26,084 nucleotides of DNA from Promethearchaeota archaeon (GTDB lineage: Archaea; Asgardarchaeota; Lokiarchaeia; Sigyniarchaeales; SOKP01): NCBI GenBank assembly GCA_048941265.1, contig JBHLNT010000050.1:1-26084 (forward strand), given 5' to 3'. The position numbers were made by a program, and so were the translations under genes. Shown one piece after another: positions 1 to 9,413 of the stretch. The notes beneath the pieces are model-generated. The model saw only the letters and a program-made list of their open reading frames with translations. It searched no databases and had not been told where the DNA came from. Every line of letters starts with the position of its first letter. Position 1 is the first letter of the stretch.

Positions 1-585
1 TCTTGTGGAATGACAATAGATAAAGTTCCCATGCTAGCGTGTAGAGTGCAAGTATCTAATTTTAAAACAACAAAAAAACCAATCAATTTGCCTGAGTTTG
101 AATTTGGGGATCACTCAGATTGGGATAAAGATAATGAAATTTTAATCGAACCATTACCCAACATGAAAGTTCTCAAAGATTTAGTTGTAGATATGGATCC
201 CTTTTGGAAATTCTATCGAGAAATTGAACCTTATTTAGTAAGAGATTGGAACGATACAGCACCAGAATCAAAACAATCTCCATCCCAAATGAAAGCAATT
301 GAGAGATTAGTATATTGTATTTTATGTGGCTTATGCTGGGCATGCCCCGTAAGTAATAAAAACGCAAATTATTTGGGACCCGCTCAGCTCGCAAAGGCAG
401 ATAGATTTATAAATGATTCACGAATAACTAAAGAAAAGCAACAGAAAGTAGTTTCGCAGATTATAAAACAAGATGGCGTACCTGCTTGTGAGAGATTTTT
501 TGTTTGCAATCGTGTGTGTCCTAAAGGTGTTATGCCCGGAACGGCTATAAAGGATTTAAGAGATAAATGGATCAAAAATGGATGA
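1..585 (+). CDS. sdhB: Succinate dehydrogenase/fumarate reductase Fe-S subunit, 5'-truncated by the window edge
   Basis: Frame is open from base 1 (S-C-G-M, end of the 2Fe-2S motif). Contains LAC, IEPL..MKVLKDLVVD, CILCGLCWACP and CxxxxxCxxxCP. The stop overlaps the fumC start. Confidence 0.93.
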   Translation, partial: SCGMTIDKVPMLACRVQVSNFKTTKKPINLPEFEFGDHSDWDKDNEILIEPLPNMKVLKDLVVDMDPFWKFYREIEPYLVRDWNDTAPESKQSPSQMKAIERLVYCILCGLCWACPVSNKNANYLGPAQLAKADRFINDSRITKEKQQKVVSQIIKQDGVPACERFFVCNRVCPKGVMPGTAIKDLRDKWIKNG

Positions 586-1969
586 GAATTTTCGTAAAGA
601 AAAGGATATATTAGGCGAATTAGATGTTCCTAGTAATGTTTACTGGGGTATAAATACGCAAAGAGCAATTCAAAACTTTCAAATTAGCAAAAAAAGATTT
701 CCGGAAATATTTATTCGCTCCCTTGCTGAGGTCAAGAAGGCATGTTTATTAGCTAATATAGAGTTAGATTTAATTGATATGGACATAGGAGATACGTTGC
801 TTAAAGCTATGAATGAAATTTTAGAAGAAAATAAATATTATGATCAATTTCCTATTGATTTATACCAAACTGGGTCAGGTACTCAGACGAATATGAATAT
901 GAATGAAGTTTTGGCCAATCGGGCAAACCAGATAATGGGTTTTCCTATGGGTAAAAAAGAGCCTGTTCACCCTAATGATCACGTAAATAAGGGACAATCT
1001 TCTAATGATGTAATCCCTACCACTATGCATTTATCAGTGCTACATTTATTGAAGAGAAATCTTTTTCCAGCGATTAAAAAATTAATTGAAAGTTTGAACC
1101 AAAAAATCAAAGAATTCAAGGATATAGTCAAAGTAGGAAGAACACATTTACAAGACGCAGTACCCATACCACTCTCATTGGAATTCGAAGTCTATAGAAG
1201 GCAGATTGAGATGAATGAAAAAAGACTTCAAAAAACATTCGATGAATCATGTTATATTCCGTTAGGAGGGACTGCATTAGGAACTGGAATCAATGCTCAT
1301 AAAGATTTTGCCGAAATAGTCGTTAAAAAGTTAGCTGAAATTACTAAATTCTCTATAAAGTTAAATCCCATAAAAGCTGAGGGGATAGCCTCTCATAACA
1401 CACTTGTAAATGTAAGTGCTGCATTAAGACAATTAGCACTTTCGTTAATAAAAATGGCAAATGATATCAGATGGATGGGTAGCGGCCCTCGGGCAGGGCT
1501 TTCTGAATTAATTTTACCTCAAAATGAACCCGGATCTTCTATTATGCCAGGAAAGATTAATCCTACTCAATCAGAAGCACTTATTCAAGTATGTATTCAA
1601 GTAATTGGAAATGATTCTATTATGTCTTATGGTGAGGCATATGGGAGTATATTAGATCTTAACGTCTGTAAACCTCTTATGATATATAATCTCCTTGATT
1701 CAATTCAGATTTTAAGTAATGGTATTCAATCATTCATAGATAATTGTCTATTAAATTTGAAGGCAAATCAGATTCAAATAAAATCTCAATTAGAAAGACT
1801 CATAATGATAGTAACAAATCTAAATCCTTATATTGGTTATGACAAATGTTCGGAAATCGCACAGAAAGCATATAAAGAGGGAAAAACAATAAAAGAAGTT
1901 ATAATAGAAATGGGTTTGGAATTTAAAGAGGATCTAGATAAATTATTAGATCCTAAAAGAATGGTTTAA
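578..1969 (+). CDS. fumC: Class II fumarate hydratase
   Basis: TGSGTQTNMN (FumC-type rather than AspA GGAGTS), HPNDHVN, GRTHLQDA and the GSSIMPGKINP signature. Confidence 0.93.
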   Translation: MDENFRKEKDILGELDVPSNVYWGINTQRAIQNFQISKKRFPEIFIRSLAEVKKACLLANIELDLIDMDIGDTLLKAMNEILEENKYYDQFPIDLYQTGSGTQTNMNMNEVLANRANQIMGFPMGKKEPVHPNDHVNKGQSSNDVIPTTMHLSVLHLLKRNLFPAIKKLIESLNQKIKEFKDIVKVGRTHLQDAVPIPLSLEFEVYRRQIEMNEKRLQKTFDESCYIPLGGTALGTGINAHKDFAEIVVKKLAEITKFSIKLNPIKAEGIASHNTLVNVSAALRQLALSLIKMANDIRWMGSGPRAGLSELILPQNEPGSSIMPGKINPTQSEALIQVCIQVIGNDSIMSYGEAYGSILDLNVCKPLMIYNLLDSIQILSNGIQSFIDNCLLNLKANQIQIKSQLERLIMIVTNLNPYIGYDKCSEIAQKAYKEGKTIKEVIIEMGLEFKEDLDKLLDPKRMV

Positions 1970-1977
1970 TTATTAGG

Positions 1978-3042
1978 GTGAAACGAAATTTGACAGAAGA
2001 TTTAACACTTTTAGATGTCCGAGAGAAGGCACGGGAAAAATTGAAAGGCATCTGTGGAGTTTATAGAAATTGCGACGGATTAGATACAAGATTATGTCAG
2101 GGGCATAGTTATGGAGAACCTCTGGGAATTGGAGGAGTAGGGAGCGGTTCAAGCTTTCATAATAATTTTCTTGCTTTAAAAAAACTTCTTCTTAAAATGA
2201 GGGTAATTGGACCTGATTTTGAAGCTGATACAAAATTTTTTTTTTTTGGCAAAGAACTATCAATGCCGATTATGGGAGCTAGTGTTGCTGGAGTAAATAG
2301 CTTTGGAGGTGAAAATGTAATTTCCGAAAAAGAATTTTGTAAGTCAGTTGTTTTAGGATGTAAAGAAGCAGGAACGGTAGGCTGGCGTGGAGATTCTTAT
2401 ACATATTCATTACAAAATACTTGGGGAATAGACGCCATAGCTGAAGCAAATGGATGGGGAGTTAAAATTATTAAACCTCGTGATCAAGAGATCATTATAA
2501 AGTTTTTTGAGAAATCAGAGGAAGCCGGAGCTATTGCTGTAGGAATAGATGTTGATGGGTGTGGATCATATGCAATGGCGAAATATGATAAACCTATTTA
2601 TCGCAAAAGTATGGAAGACCTTAAGGAATTAGTGAAATCAACTTCATTACCAGTTATTATTAAAGGAATTATGTCTATCGAAGATGCATTAGCTGCTGTT
2701 GAAGCAGGAGCATCCGCAATTGTAATCTCTAATCATGGAGGGAGAGTACTTGATCATACTCCTGGAACGGCAGATGTACTCCCTAATATTGTGGCTGAAT
2801 TAAAAGATAAAGTTATGATTTTAGCGGATGGAGGAATTAGAAATGGTTATGATGTATTAAAAATGCTAGCATTAGGTGCCAATGCAGTTTTGATTGGAAG
2901 AGATATAGTAAGAGCTGCTGTTGGTGCTGGAATATTAGGGGTAAGATTACAAATGGAATTTTTGCAACAAACATTAGCGAAAGCAATGAAAATGACAGGT
3001 GTTAAATCTTTGAAAGAAATAACATCAGATATTTTAGTTTAA
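1978..3042 (+). CDS. FMN-dependent alpha-hydroxy-acid dehydrogenase/oxidase (LldD/glycolate oxidase family)
   Basis: PVIIKGI, SNHGGRVLD, ADGGIR.G.DVLK.LALGA..V.IGR motifs; N-terminal Cys cluster; GTG start 8 nt after the fumC stop. Confidence 0.9.
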   Translation: MKRNLTEDLTLLDVREKAREKLKGICGVYRNCDGLDTRLCQGHSYGEPLGIGGVGSGSSFHNNFLALKKLLLKMRVIGPDFEADTKFFFFGKELSMPIMGASVAGVNSFGGENVISEKEFCKSVVLGCKEAGTVGWRGDSYTYSLQNTWGIDAIAEANGWGVKIIKPRDQEIIIKFFEKSEEAGAIAVGIDVDGCGSYAMAKYDKPIYRKSMEDLKELVKSTSLPVIIKGIMSIEDALAAVEAGASAIVISNHGGRVLDHTPGTADVLPNIVAELKDKVMILADGGIRNGYDVLKMLALGANAVLIGRDIVRAAVGAGILGVRLQMEFLQQTLAKAMKMTGVKSLKEITSDILV

Positions 3043-3057
3043 TTTTTTTTCTTTTTT
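3043..3057 (+). terminator. Putative archaeal oligo-T terminator
   Basis: TTTTTTTTCTTTTTT immediately after the stop codon. Confidence 0.5.
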
Positions 3058-3160
3058 ACCCATTATATGTATTAATTTTTTATAAAAATTAGAATTAAAT
3101 ATCAACTTAGGTAAATTAAAGGTAAGCTATCTTGAAAAATATACAAAAAGGTTATCAATT

Positions 3161-4432
3161 ATGAGTCAAAATCCAAGTAAATGTGAAACAACAGATTCAT
3201 TTGTGTGCGATGATTATAAAGAAGAAGAGCCCCAGCTTTGTGAACTGGATCGGTCTAAAACATACAAAGGATTAGTGGGAATATATGTTGATGAGAGTTT
3301 GATCACGTTCATTGACGGAATACATGGTAAATTATATTATAGAGGCTATGCCCTCGAGGATTTAGTAAAAAATTCAAACTTCGAAGAAGTAGCCTACCTT
3401 TTAATTTATGGCAGATTACCTTCTAAAAGTCAATTTAATTCCTTTAAAGATCAATTAGTAAGGGAGCGAAATATTCCAGATAATATTCTAACTATTTTAA
3501 AAAGTTATCCAAGAAACACAACTAGGATAGAATTGCTCCGTACATCTGTTTCCGCTTTATCATTATATGACCCCGATGATTATGATTTTTCTGAAGAGGC
3601 TAATATTAGAAAAGGAATTAGAATAATAGCAAAAATTCCTACAGTTTTAGCATTTTCACATAGAATCCAATCTAACTTACCTTTAGTAGAACCATCTGAA
3701 GAACTCTCTCATGCTGCAAATTATTACTATATGATGACTGGGAGAGAACCTAGTAAAGAATTTGAAAGTGCATTCGATAAAATTTTAATATGCCAAGCTG
3801 ATCATTCTATTAATTCATCAACATTTTCCTGTCGAGTAACAGTTTCTACATTATCAGATATTTATAGCGGGATAACAAGCGCAATCGGTACATTAAGAGG
3901 CCCCCTACATGGAGGTGCAAACGAGCGTGTAATGCGGATGATGGTAGAGGATATTAAGAAAAAAGAAAATATTATTCCTTTTGTCATGAGGAAGTTAGAA
4001 AACAAAGAAAAAATTATGGGATTTGGCCATCGCGTTTATAAGACATGGGATCCACGGGCTCGAATATTACGTGAATTATTAAGAAATTTTTGGGAAAAAT
4101 GGAAAAAAGGAGAAATCATTGATAAAATTCCAGATCCTTTACATGACATTGATCATGGAGAAATAGATAATATCTTTGAAATGACTGAAGTTCTTGTTGA
4201 TTATATGGTTAAAACAAAAAATCTTTATCCTAATGTAGATCTATATTCAGCAGGATTATTACATATTCTTGGAATTCCTACCCCATTGTTTACACCTTTA
4301 TTCGCGGCTTCGAGAAGCGCAGGATGGGTTGCCCATGCTATTGAACAACTTTCGGACAATAAACTCATTAGACCCAGACTTCGATATATTGGGGACCTTG
4401 ATAAGAATTATATAAAAATAGATAGGAGATAA
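3161..4432 (+). CDS. gltA: Citrate synthase
   Basis: G.LYYRGY, DHSINSST, GPLHGGAN, GFGHRVYK..DPR, PNVD and R..GW.AH catalytic motifs. Confidence 0.9.
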   Translation: MSQNPSKCETTDSFVCDDYKEEEPQLCELDRSKTYKGLVGIYVDESLITFIDGIHGKLYYRGYALEDLVKNSNFEEVAYLLIYGRLPSKSQFNSFKDQLVRERNIPDNILTILKSYPRNTTRIELLRTSVSALSLYDPDDYDFSEEANIRKGIRIIAKIPTVLAFSHRIQSNLPLVEPSEELSHAANYYYMMTGREPSKEFESAFDKILICQADHSINSSTFSCRVTVSTLSDIYSGITSAIGTLRGPLHGGANERVMRMMVEDIKKKENIIPFVMRKLENKEKIMGFGHRVYKTWDPRARILRELLRNFWEKWKKGEIIDKIPDPLHDIDHGEIDNIFEMTEVLVDYMVKTKNLYPNVDLYSAGLLHILGIPTPLFTPLFAASRSAGWVAHAIEQLSDNKLIRPRLRYIGDLDKNYIKIDRR

Positions 4433-4496
4433 CAGAATTAAAAATTAAATTTAATCTAATTTAAATTAATATATTTACAATTTTTAAGTGATATAA

Positions 4497-7178
4497 TTGG
4501 ATGGTATTGAATTAAAAAACAAATTAAAGGAGAAAATAACGAGTAAATTAGGAACTGCTGTAATTTATAACATTCAAAAGTTAAAGGATTTAAACTTAGG
4601 TGATATCACCAGATTACCTTATTCGCTACGAATTTTGCTAGAAAATATGGTTAGAAATTTAGATGATAAAATTATTACTTATGAACATGTGATTGCCCTC
4701 TCAAAATGGATTCCAAATAATAAAACTAAAATAGAAATTCCATACATTCCATCTAGAGTGCTGCTTCAAGATTTTACTGGTGTCCCAGCGATGGTTGATC
4801 TGGCGGCATTACGATCTGCTATGGAGCGAGCCGGAGGTGATCCTTCCAGAATAAATCCAATAGTACCTGCCGATTTAGTGATTGACCACTCAATACAAGT
4901 AGATTTTTATGGTACTAAACAAGCGGTTCAAAAAAATGAAGAAAAAGAAATGGAGCGTAACCGCGAGCGATATCTTTTTTTAAAATGGGCTCAAAGTGTT
5001 TTTGATAATTTTCGAGTAGTTCCCACTAGTAGAGGGATTTGCCATCAAGTTAATTTGGAATATTTAGCTTCTGTTGTACATTTGAGAGAAGTAAAAGGAG
5101 AAAAAATCGCTTTTCCAGATACTTTAGTGGGAACAGATTCTCATACTACAATGATTAATAGTTTAGGTGTTTTAGGGTGGGGAGTGGGTGGTATTGAAGC
5201 AGAGGCAGTTCTTTTAGGGCAACCTTATTACATGCCTTTACCTGAAGTTGTGGGAGTGAAATTAATTGGAGAGATAAAACCCGGTATCACGGCAACAGAT
5301 GTCGTGTTAACTATTACTCAAATATTAAGGAATCACGGCGTTGTCGGAAAATTCGTTGAATTTTATGGCCCAAGCTTAAAGGAATTAAGTTTGGAAGATA
5401 GAGCCACTATTGCCAATATGTCTCCTGAATATGGAGCAACTATGGGTTTTTTTCCCGTTGATGATAAAACAATTGCTTATTTGAGATCAAGTGGCAGAAA
5501 AGATGAAAATATTAATTTAGTAGAAAAATACCTAAAGAAAGTTGGCATATTTTATATGGATAATACACATATACCTGAATTTAGCGAGCATATAGAGGTT
5601 AATTTAAGTACTGTTAAACCAACTATAGCAGGTCCTAAGCGTCCACAGGACAGAATTTTACTTCCCGATATGAAAAATGTATTTATAGATCAGATGAAAA
5701 CAATATTCAATAAGCCAAACGAAATAGAAAATATATCAAAAGGAGACCAGCTAAACCATGGAGCAGTTATAATCGCTGCTATTACATCTTGCACTAATAC
5801 ATCTAATCCTACAGTAATGATAGGGGCAGGTCTATTAGCAAGGAACGCTTTAGAAAAAGGTTTAAAAGTACAAGATTTTGTAAAAACGAGTTTTGCACCA
5901 GGTTCGAGAGTAGTTACTGATTATATGGAAAACTCAGGTCTAATGTCCTACCTCGAACAATTGGGATTTAATTTAGTTGGATATGGATGCACAACTTGTA
6001 TTGGAAATAGTGGTCCTTTAAAGCAGGAATTTGTTAAAGAAATTAATGAAAAAGATCTTGTTGTCGCTTCAGTTTTAAGCGGTAATAGAAACTTTGAAGG
6101 TCGGATTAATCCTCATGTAAGAGCAAACTATCTCGCATCTCCTCCTCTCGTTGTTGCATTTGCATTAGCAGGCACAATTGCGATAAATATGAATGAGGAG
6201 CCATTAGGTGTAGATAAAAGCGGTAACTCCGTATATTTAAAAGATATTTGGCCGAGTACAGATGAAATCATGCAAATAACCGATAAACATGTTAGCCCGG
6301 AATTATTTCATAAGGAATATGGTGAAATCTTTAAAGGATGGGATTTATGGAATCAACTCAAACCTCCTGAAGAAGAAGTTTATAAATGGGATGAGTCTTC
6401 TACCTATATTCGTGAACCTCCATTTTTTGTCAATTTTCCTTTAGAAGAAACCCCCTTGGAGGATATCAAAAATTCCAGGGTATTAGCATTATTGGGTGGA
6501 AGTGTCACAACTGACCACATTTCTCCCGCAGGGACTATACCTAAAGATATGCCCGCAGCTCAATATCTAATTTCGAAAGGGATAGATGTCAAAGACTTCA
6601 ATTCATTTGGATCTAGAAGGGGAAACCATGAAGTTATGATGCGGGGGACTTTTGGAAATATTAGAATTAGAAACAAACTTGTGGATAAAGAGGGAGGATG
6701 GACTATTAATCATGTAACTGGGAATATTGTTCCAATTTATGATGCTGCAATGGATTATGAAAAGAATGGAATTCCGCTAATAGTATTAGCGGGAGATGAT
6801 TATGGAATGGGTAGTTCAAGGGATTGGGCAGCAAAAGGAACACAATTATTAGGTGTAAAAGCAGTTATAGCGGAGTCATTTGAGAGAATTCATAGGAGTA
6901 ATTTGGTAGGAATGGGAGTCTTACCACTTCAATTTAAAGAGGGTGAGAATGCACATTCATTAGGATTAACAGGTAAAGAGACTTATGAAATTTTAGGAAT
7001 AAAAGATATAGTCCCGCTAGGAGAACTAACTGTAATTGCTAAATCTGATGATGGACAAAAAAAAACCTTTAAAGTAATAGCAAGATTAGATACTCCCATT
7101 GATATAGAATACTTTCGCAATGGTGGGATCTTACACACAGTTTTAAAGAATATTTTAAAAGAAACTTTAGCTAAATAG
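4497..7178 (+). CDS. acnA: Aconitate hydratase A (probably also 2-methylisocitrate dehydratase)
   Basis: QDFTGVP, DHS.QVD, GTDSHT, ITSCTNTSNP, GYGCTTCIGNSG, TTDHISPAG, GSSRDWAAKG; TTG start preceded by AAGTGA. Confidence 0.96.
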   Translation: MDGIELKNKLKEKITSKLGTAVIYNIQKLKDLNLGDITRLPYSLRILLENMVRNLDDKIITYEHVIALSKWIPNNKTKIEIPYIPSRVLLQDFTGVPAMVDLAALRSAMERAGGDPSRINPIVPADLVIDHSIQVDFYGTKQAVQKNEEKEMERNRERYLFLKWAQSVFDNFRVVPTSRGICHQVNLEYLASVVHLREVKGEKIAFPDTLVGTDSHTTMINSLGVLGWGVGGIEAEAVLLGQPYYMPLPEVVGVKLIGEIKPGITATDVVLTITQILRNHGVVGKFVEFYGPSLKELSLEDRATIANMSPEYGATMGFFPVDDKTIAYLRSSGRKDENINLVEKYLKKVGIFYMDNTHIPEFSEHIEVNLSTVKPTIAGPKRPQDRILLPDMKNVFIDQMKTIFNKPNEIENISKGDQLNHGAVIIAAITSCTNTSNPTVMIGAGLLARNALEKGLKVQDFVKTSFAPGSRVVTDYMENSGLMSYLEQLGFNLVGYGCTTCIGNSGPLKQEFVKEINEKDLVVASVLSGNRNFEGRINPHVRANYLASPPLVVAFALAGTIAINMNEEPLGVDKSGNSVYLKDIWPSTDEIMQITDKHVSPELFHKEYGEIFKGWDLWNQLKPPEEEVYKWDESSTYIREPPFFVNFPLEETPLEDIKNSRVLALLGGSVTTDHISPAGTIPKDMPAAQYLISKGIDVKDFNSFGSRRGNHEVMMRGTFGNIRIRNKLVDKEGGWTINHVTGNIVPIYDAAMDYEKNGIPLIVLAGDDYGMGSSRDWAAKGTQLLGVKAVIAESFERIHRSNLVGMGVLPLQFKEGENAHSLGLTGKETYEILGIKDIVPLGELTVIAKSDDGQKKTFKVIARLDTPIDIEYFRNGGILHTVLKNILKETLAK

Positions 7179-7254
7179 AATTAGTTAAGATTTTTTTATT
7201 TTCTTTATGTATTTGAATAATAAAATTACTCATAATATTTTAATTCATAAAAAT

Positions 7255-7265
7255 AAACTTTAAAA
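7255..7265 (+). promoter_or_regulatory. Candidate BRE/TATA promoter for prpBCD
   Basis: AAACTTTAAAA in the AT-rich gap upstream of prpB; low specificity in an AT-rich genome. Confidence 0.3.
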
Positions 7266-7339
7266 TCAAAATCATCCTAATTTATGAGTAAATTAAAGCA
7301 GGCTTTTTATTTAATATAAAAAAATAATTGGTTTTAGTG

Positions 7340-8221
7340 ATGAGTGATCATAATAAAAGTCCGGGTAAAAGGTTTCGTGAAGCCTTAGAGTATAATAAGC
7401 CCTTACAACTCGTTGGAACTATTAATGCCCTTGCTGCAATGATGGCAAATAAAGTAGGTTATAAAGCCATATATTTATCTGGAGCTGGTGTAGCTAATGC
7501 TTCATTTGGTTTACCGGATCTAGGTATTACAACTTTAGATAATGTAGCAGAAGATGCGCGAAGAATAACTCAAGCAGTTGATATACCTTTGATTGTGGAC
7601 ATTGATACTGGTTTTGGAGGAATTGCCTTTACTATTGCTCGTACAATAAAAACCTTAGAGAGGATTGGCGTAGCAGGAATTCATATTGAAGATCAAAAAG
7701 TATTTAAAAGATGTGGACACCGCCCAAATAAAAAGATTGTGCCTGCTGAAGAAATGTGTGATCGATTAAAAGCTGCTATCGAAGCTCGCAAAGATCCTAA
7801 CTTTATGATAATTGCTAGGACAGATGCTTTCGCTATCGAAGGTATAGAAGGTGTTATAAGAAGAGCCCGTTTATATGAAGACGTCGGTGCTGATGCGATT
7901 TTTCCTGATGCATTAACTTCTTTAAATCAATATAAAGCATTAGTTAATAATTTATCTATTCCAATCTTGGCAAATATCACTGAATTTGGTAGAACACCTC
8001 TTTTTACATTAGAAGAATTGAGAAATATAAATGTTGGGATAGTTCTTTATCCTTTAACTGCATTTCGTGCTATGTATAAAGCTGCTGAAGAAGTATATAA
8101 GATTATAATAAAAAAGGGAACTCAAAAAAATTTGATCGAAAAAATGTATACCCGTTCTGAATTATATAAACTCCTTAATTATGAGTCTTATGAAGATTTT
8201 ATTGACCGTTTATACGGTTAA
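7340..8221 (+). CDS. prpB: 2-methylisocitrate lyase
   Basis: YLSGA, GLPDLG, VDIDTGFG, HIEDQ, KRCGH catalytic loop, ARTDA, ANITEFG.TP. ATG at 7340 preferred over TTG at 7328. Confidence 0.94.
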   Translation: MSDHNKSPGKRFREALEYNKPLQLVGTINALAAMMANKVGYKAIYLSGAGVANASFGLPDLGITTLDNVAEDARRITQAVDIPLIVDIDTGFGGIAFTIARTIKTLERIGVAGIHIEDQKVFKRCGHRPNKKIVPAEEMCDRLKAAIEARKDPNFMIIARTDAFAIEGIEGVIRRARLYEDVGADAIFPDALTSLNQYKALVNNLSIPILANITEFGRTPLFTLEELRNINVGIVLYPLTAFRAMYKAAEEVYKIIIKKGTQKNLIEKMYTRSELYKLLNYESYEDFIDRLYG

Positions 8222-8264
8222 GATAAAGAATATTAAAACTTATCTATAAAAAAGTGATTAAATA

Positions 8265-9383
8265 ATGAATGAAATAAAAAAAAGGGAAAGTGGTTTAAGA
8301 GGTTATGAGGTAACCAACTCTGCAATTTGTAGTATAACTGATGGGCTATTATATAGAGGTTATCCAATAGAACAACTCGCAAAATTAAGTACGTTTGAAG
8401 AAACATCATATTTGATTTTAAATGGCGAACTTCCTACAAAAAATAATTTATCTGACTGGAGTGAAAAATTAATTAAATATCGAAGAATTCCCGAATTAGT
8501 AAAAATGGTTATGGACCACATACCATCAAATGCTCATCCGATGGACGTTATCCGTACTGGTGTTTCTGTTTTGGGTATTGCTAAACCTGAAAGACCTACT
8601 GTTCCATTAAAATCTGTACTTCGCGTTCTAGGAGTTTTACCCTCAATAATGGGTTACTGGTACGCGAGAGCGAGAGGTAAAATCTTTAATATAAAGAATA
8701 TTGAAGAGGTAACTTATAGTGGTTATCTTTTAAAGATGATTAAAGAAGAATATATAGAAGTAGAAAGAAAAATGATAAATACCTCATTAATTTTATATGC
8801 GGAACATGAACTCAACGCATCCACCTTTTCAGCAAGAGTGTGCTCGTCTACCGCAGCTGACTATTATGCCTGTATAACCAATGCTATTTGTTCTTTGAGC
8901 GGACCTAAACACGGTGGAGCAAATGAAGCAGTATTAAATTTGATTTCAAAATTTAACTCTCCAGATGAGGCTGTAGAGGGGGTTAGGAACTTGCTGAACA
9001 CCAATCAAAAAGTTCCAGGATTTGGTCATCCAGTATATCTAAGCGAAGATCCAAGGAGCTCTATCATCAAGGAATGGGCATATCGAATATCAACTGAAAA
9101 AAAAGATACAAAGCTCTATGATATCGGTACTGCTATTGAAGGTATAATGCACAATGAATGTAAAGATCCCTGCACATTCCCAAATCTCGATTTTTATTCC
9201 GCTATCGCGTATTCAGGAGCAGAAATTGAGACTGTTTTATTTACACCTTTATTTGTTATAAGTAGAGCTTGTGGGTGGTCGGCTCATATCTTAGAACAGA
9301 GAATTATAAATGAATTATTACGACCCATAGCAAATTATATCGGAGTCGAAAAACGTAGATATTTACCTATTGCAGAGCGTTAA
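8265..9383 (+). CDS. prpC: 2-methylcitrate synthase
   Basis: Citrate synthase family motifs (LLYRGY, YAEHELNAST, GPKHGGANE, GFGHPVY, PNLDFY); HPMD; lies between prpB and prpD. Confidence 0.88.
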   Translation: MNEIKKRESGLRGYEVTNSAICSITDGLLYRGYPIEQLAKLSTFEETSYLILNGELPTKNNLSDWSEKLIKYRRIPELVKMVMDHIPSNAHPMDVIRTGVSVLGIAKPERPTVPLKSVLRVLGVLPSIMGYWYARARGKIFNIKNIEEVTYSGYLLKMIKEEYIEVERKMINTSLILYAEHELNASTFSARVCSSTAADYYACITNAICSLSGPKHGGANEAVLNLISKFNSPDEAVEGVRNLLNTNQKVPGFGHPVYLSEDPRSSIIKEWAYRISTEKKDTKLYDIGTAIEGIMHNECKDPCTFPNLDFYSAIAYSGAEIETVLFTPLFVISRACGWSAHILEQRIINELLRPIANYIGVEKRRYLPIAER

Positions 9384-9413
9384 TTAATACAATATTATTT
9401 AAGTGCATAAAAT

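Noticed and set aside
578-1969. Aspartate ammonia-lyase (aspA) as an alternative call
   Set aside because: The TGSGT motif and linkage to sdhB favour FumC.
4437-4470. AT-only palindromes between gltA and acnA
   Set aside because: Expected by chance at this AT content.
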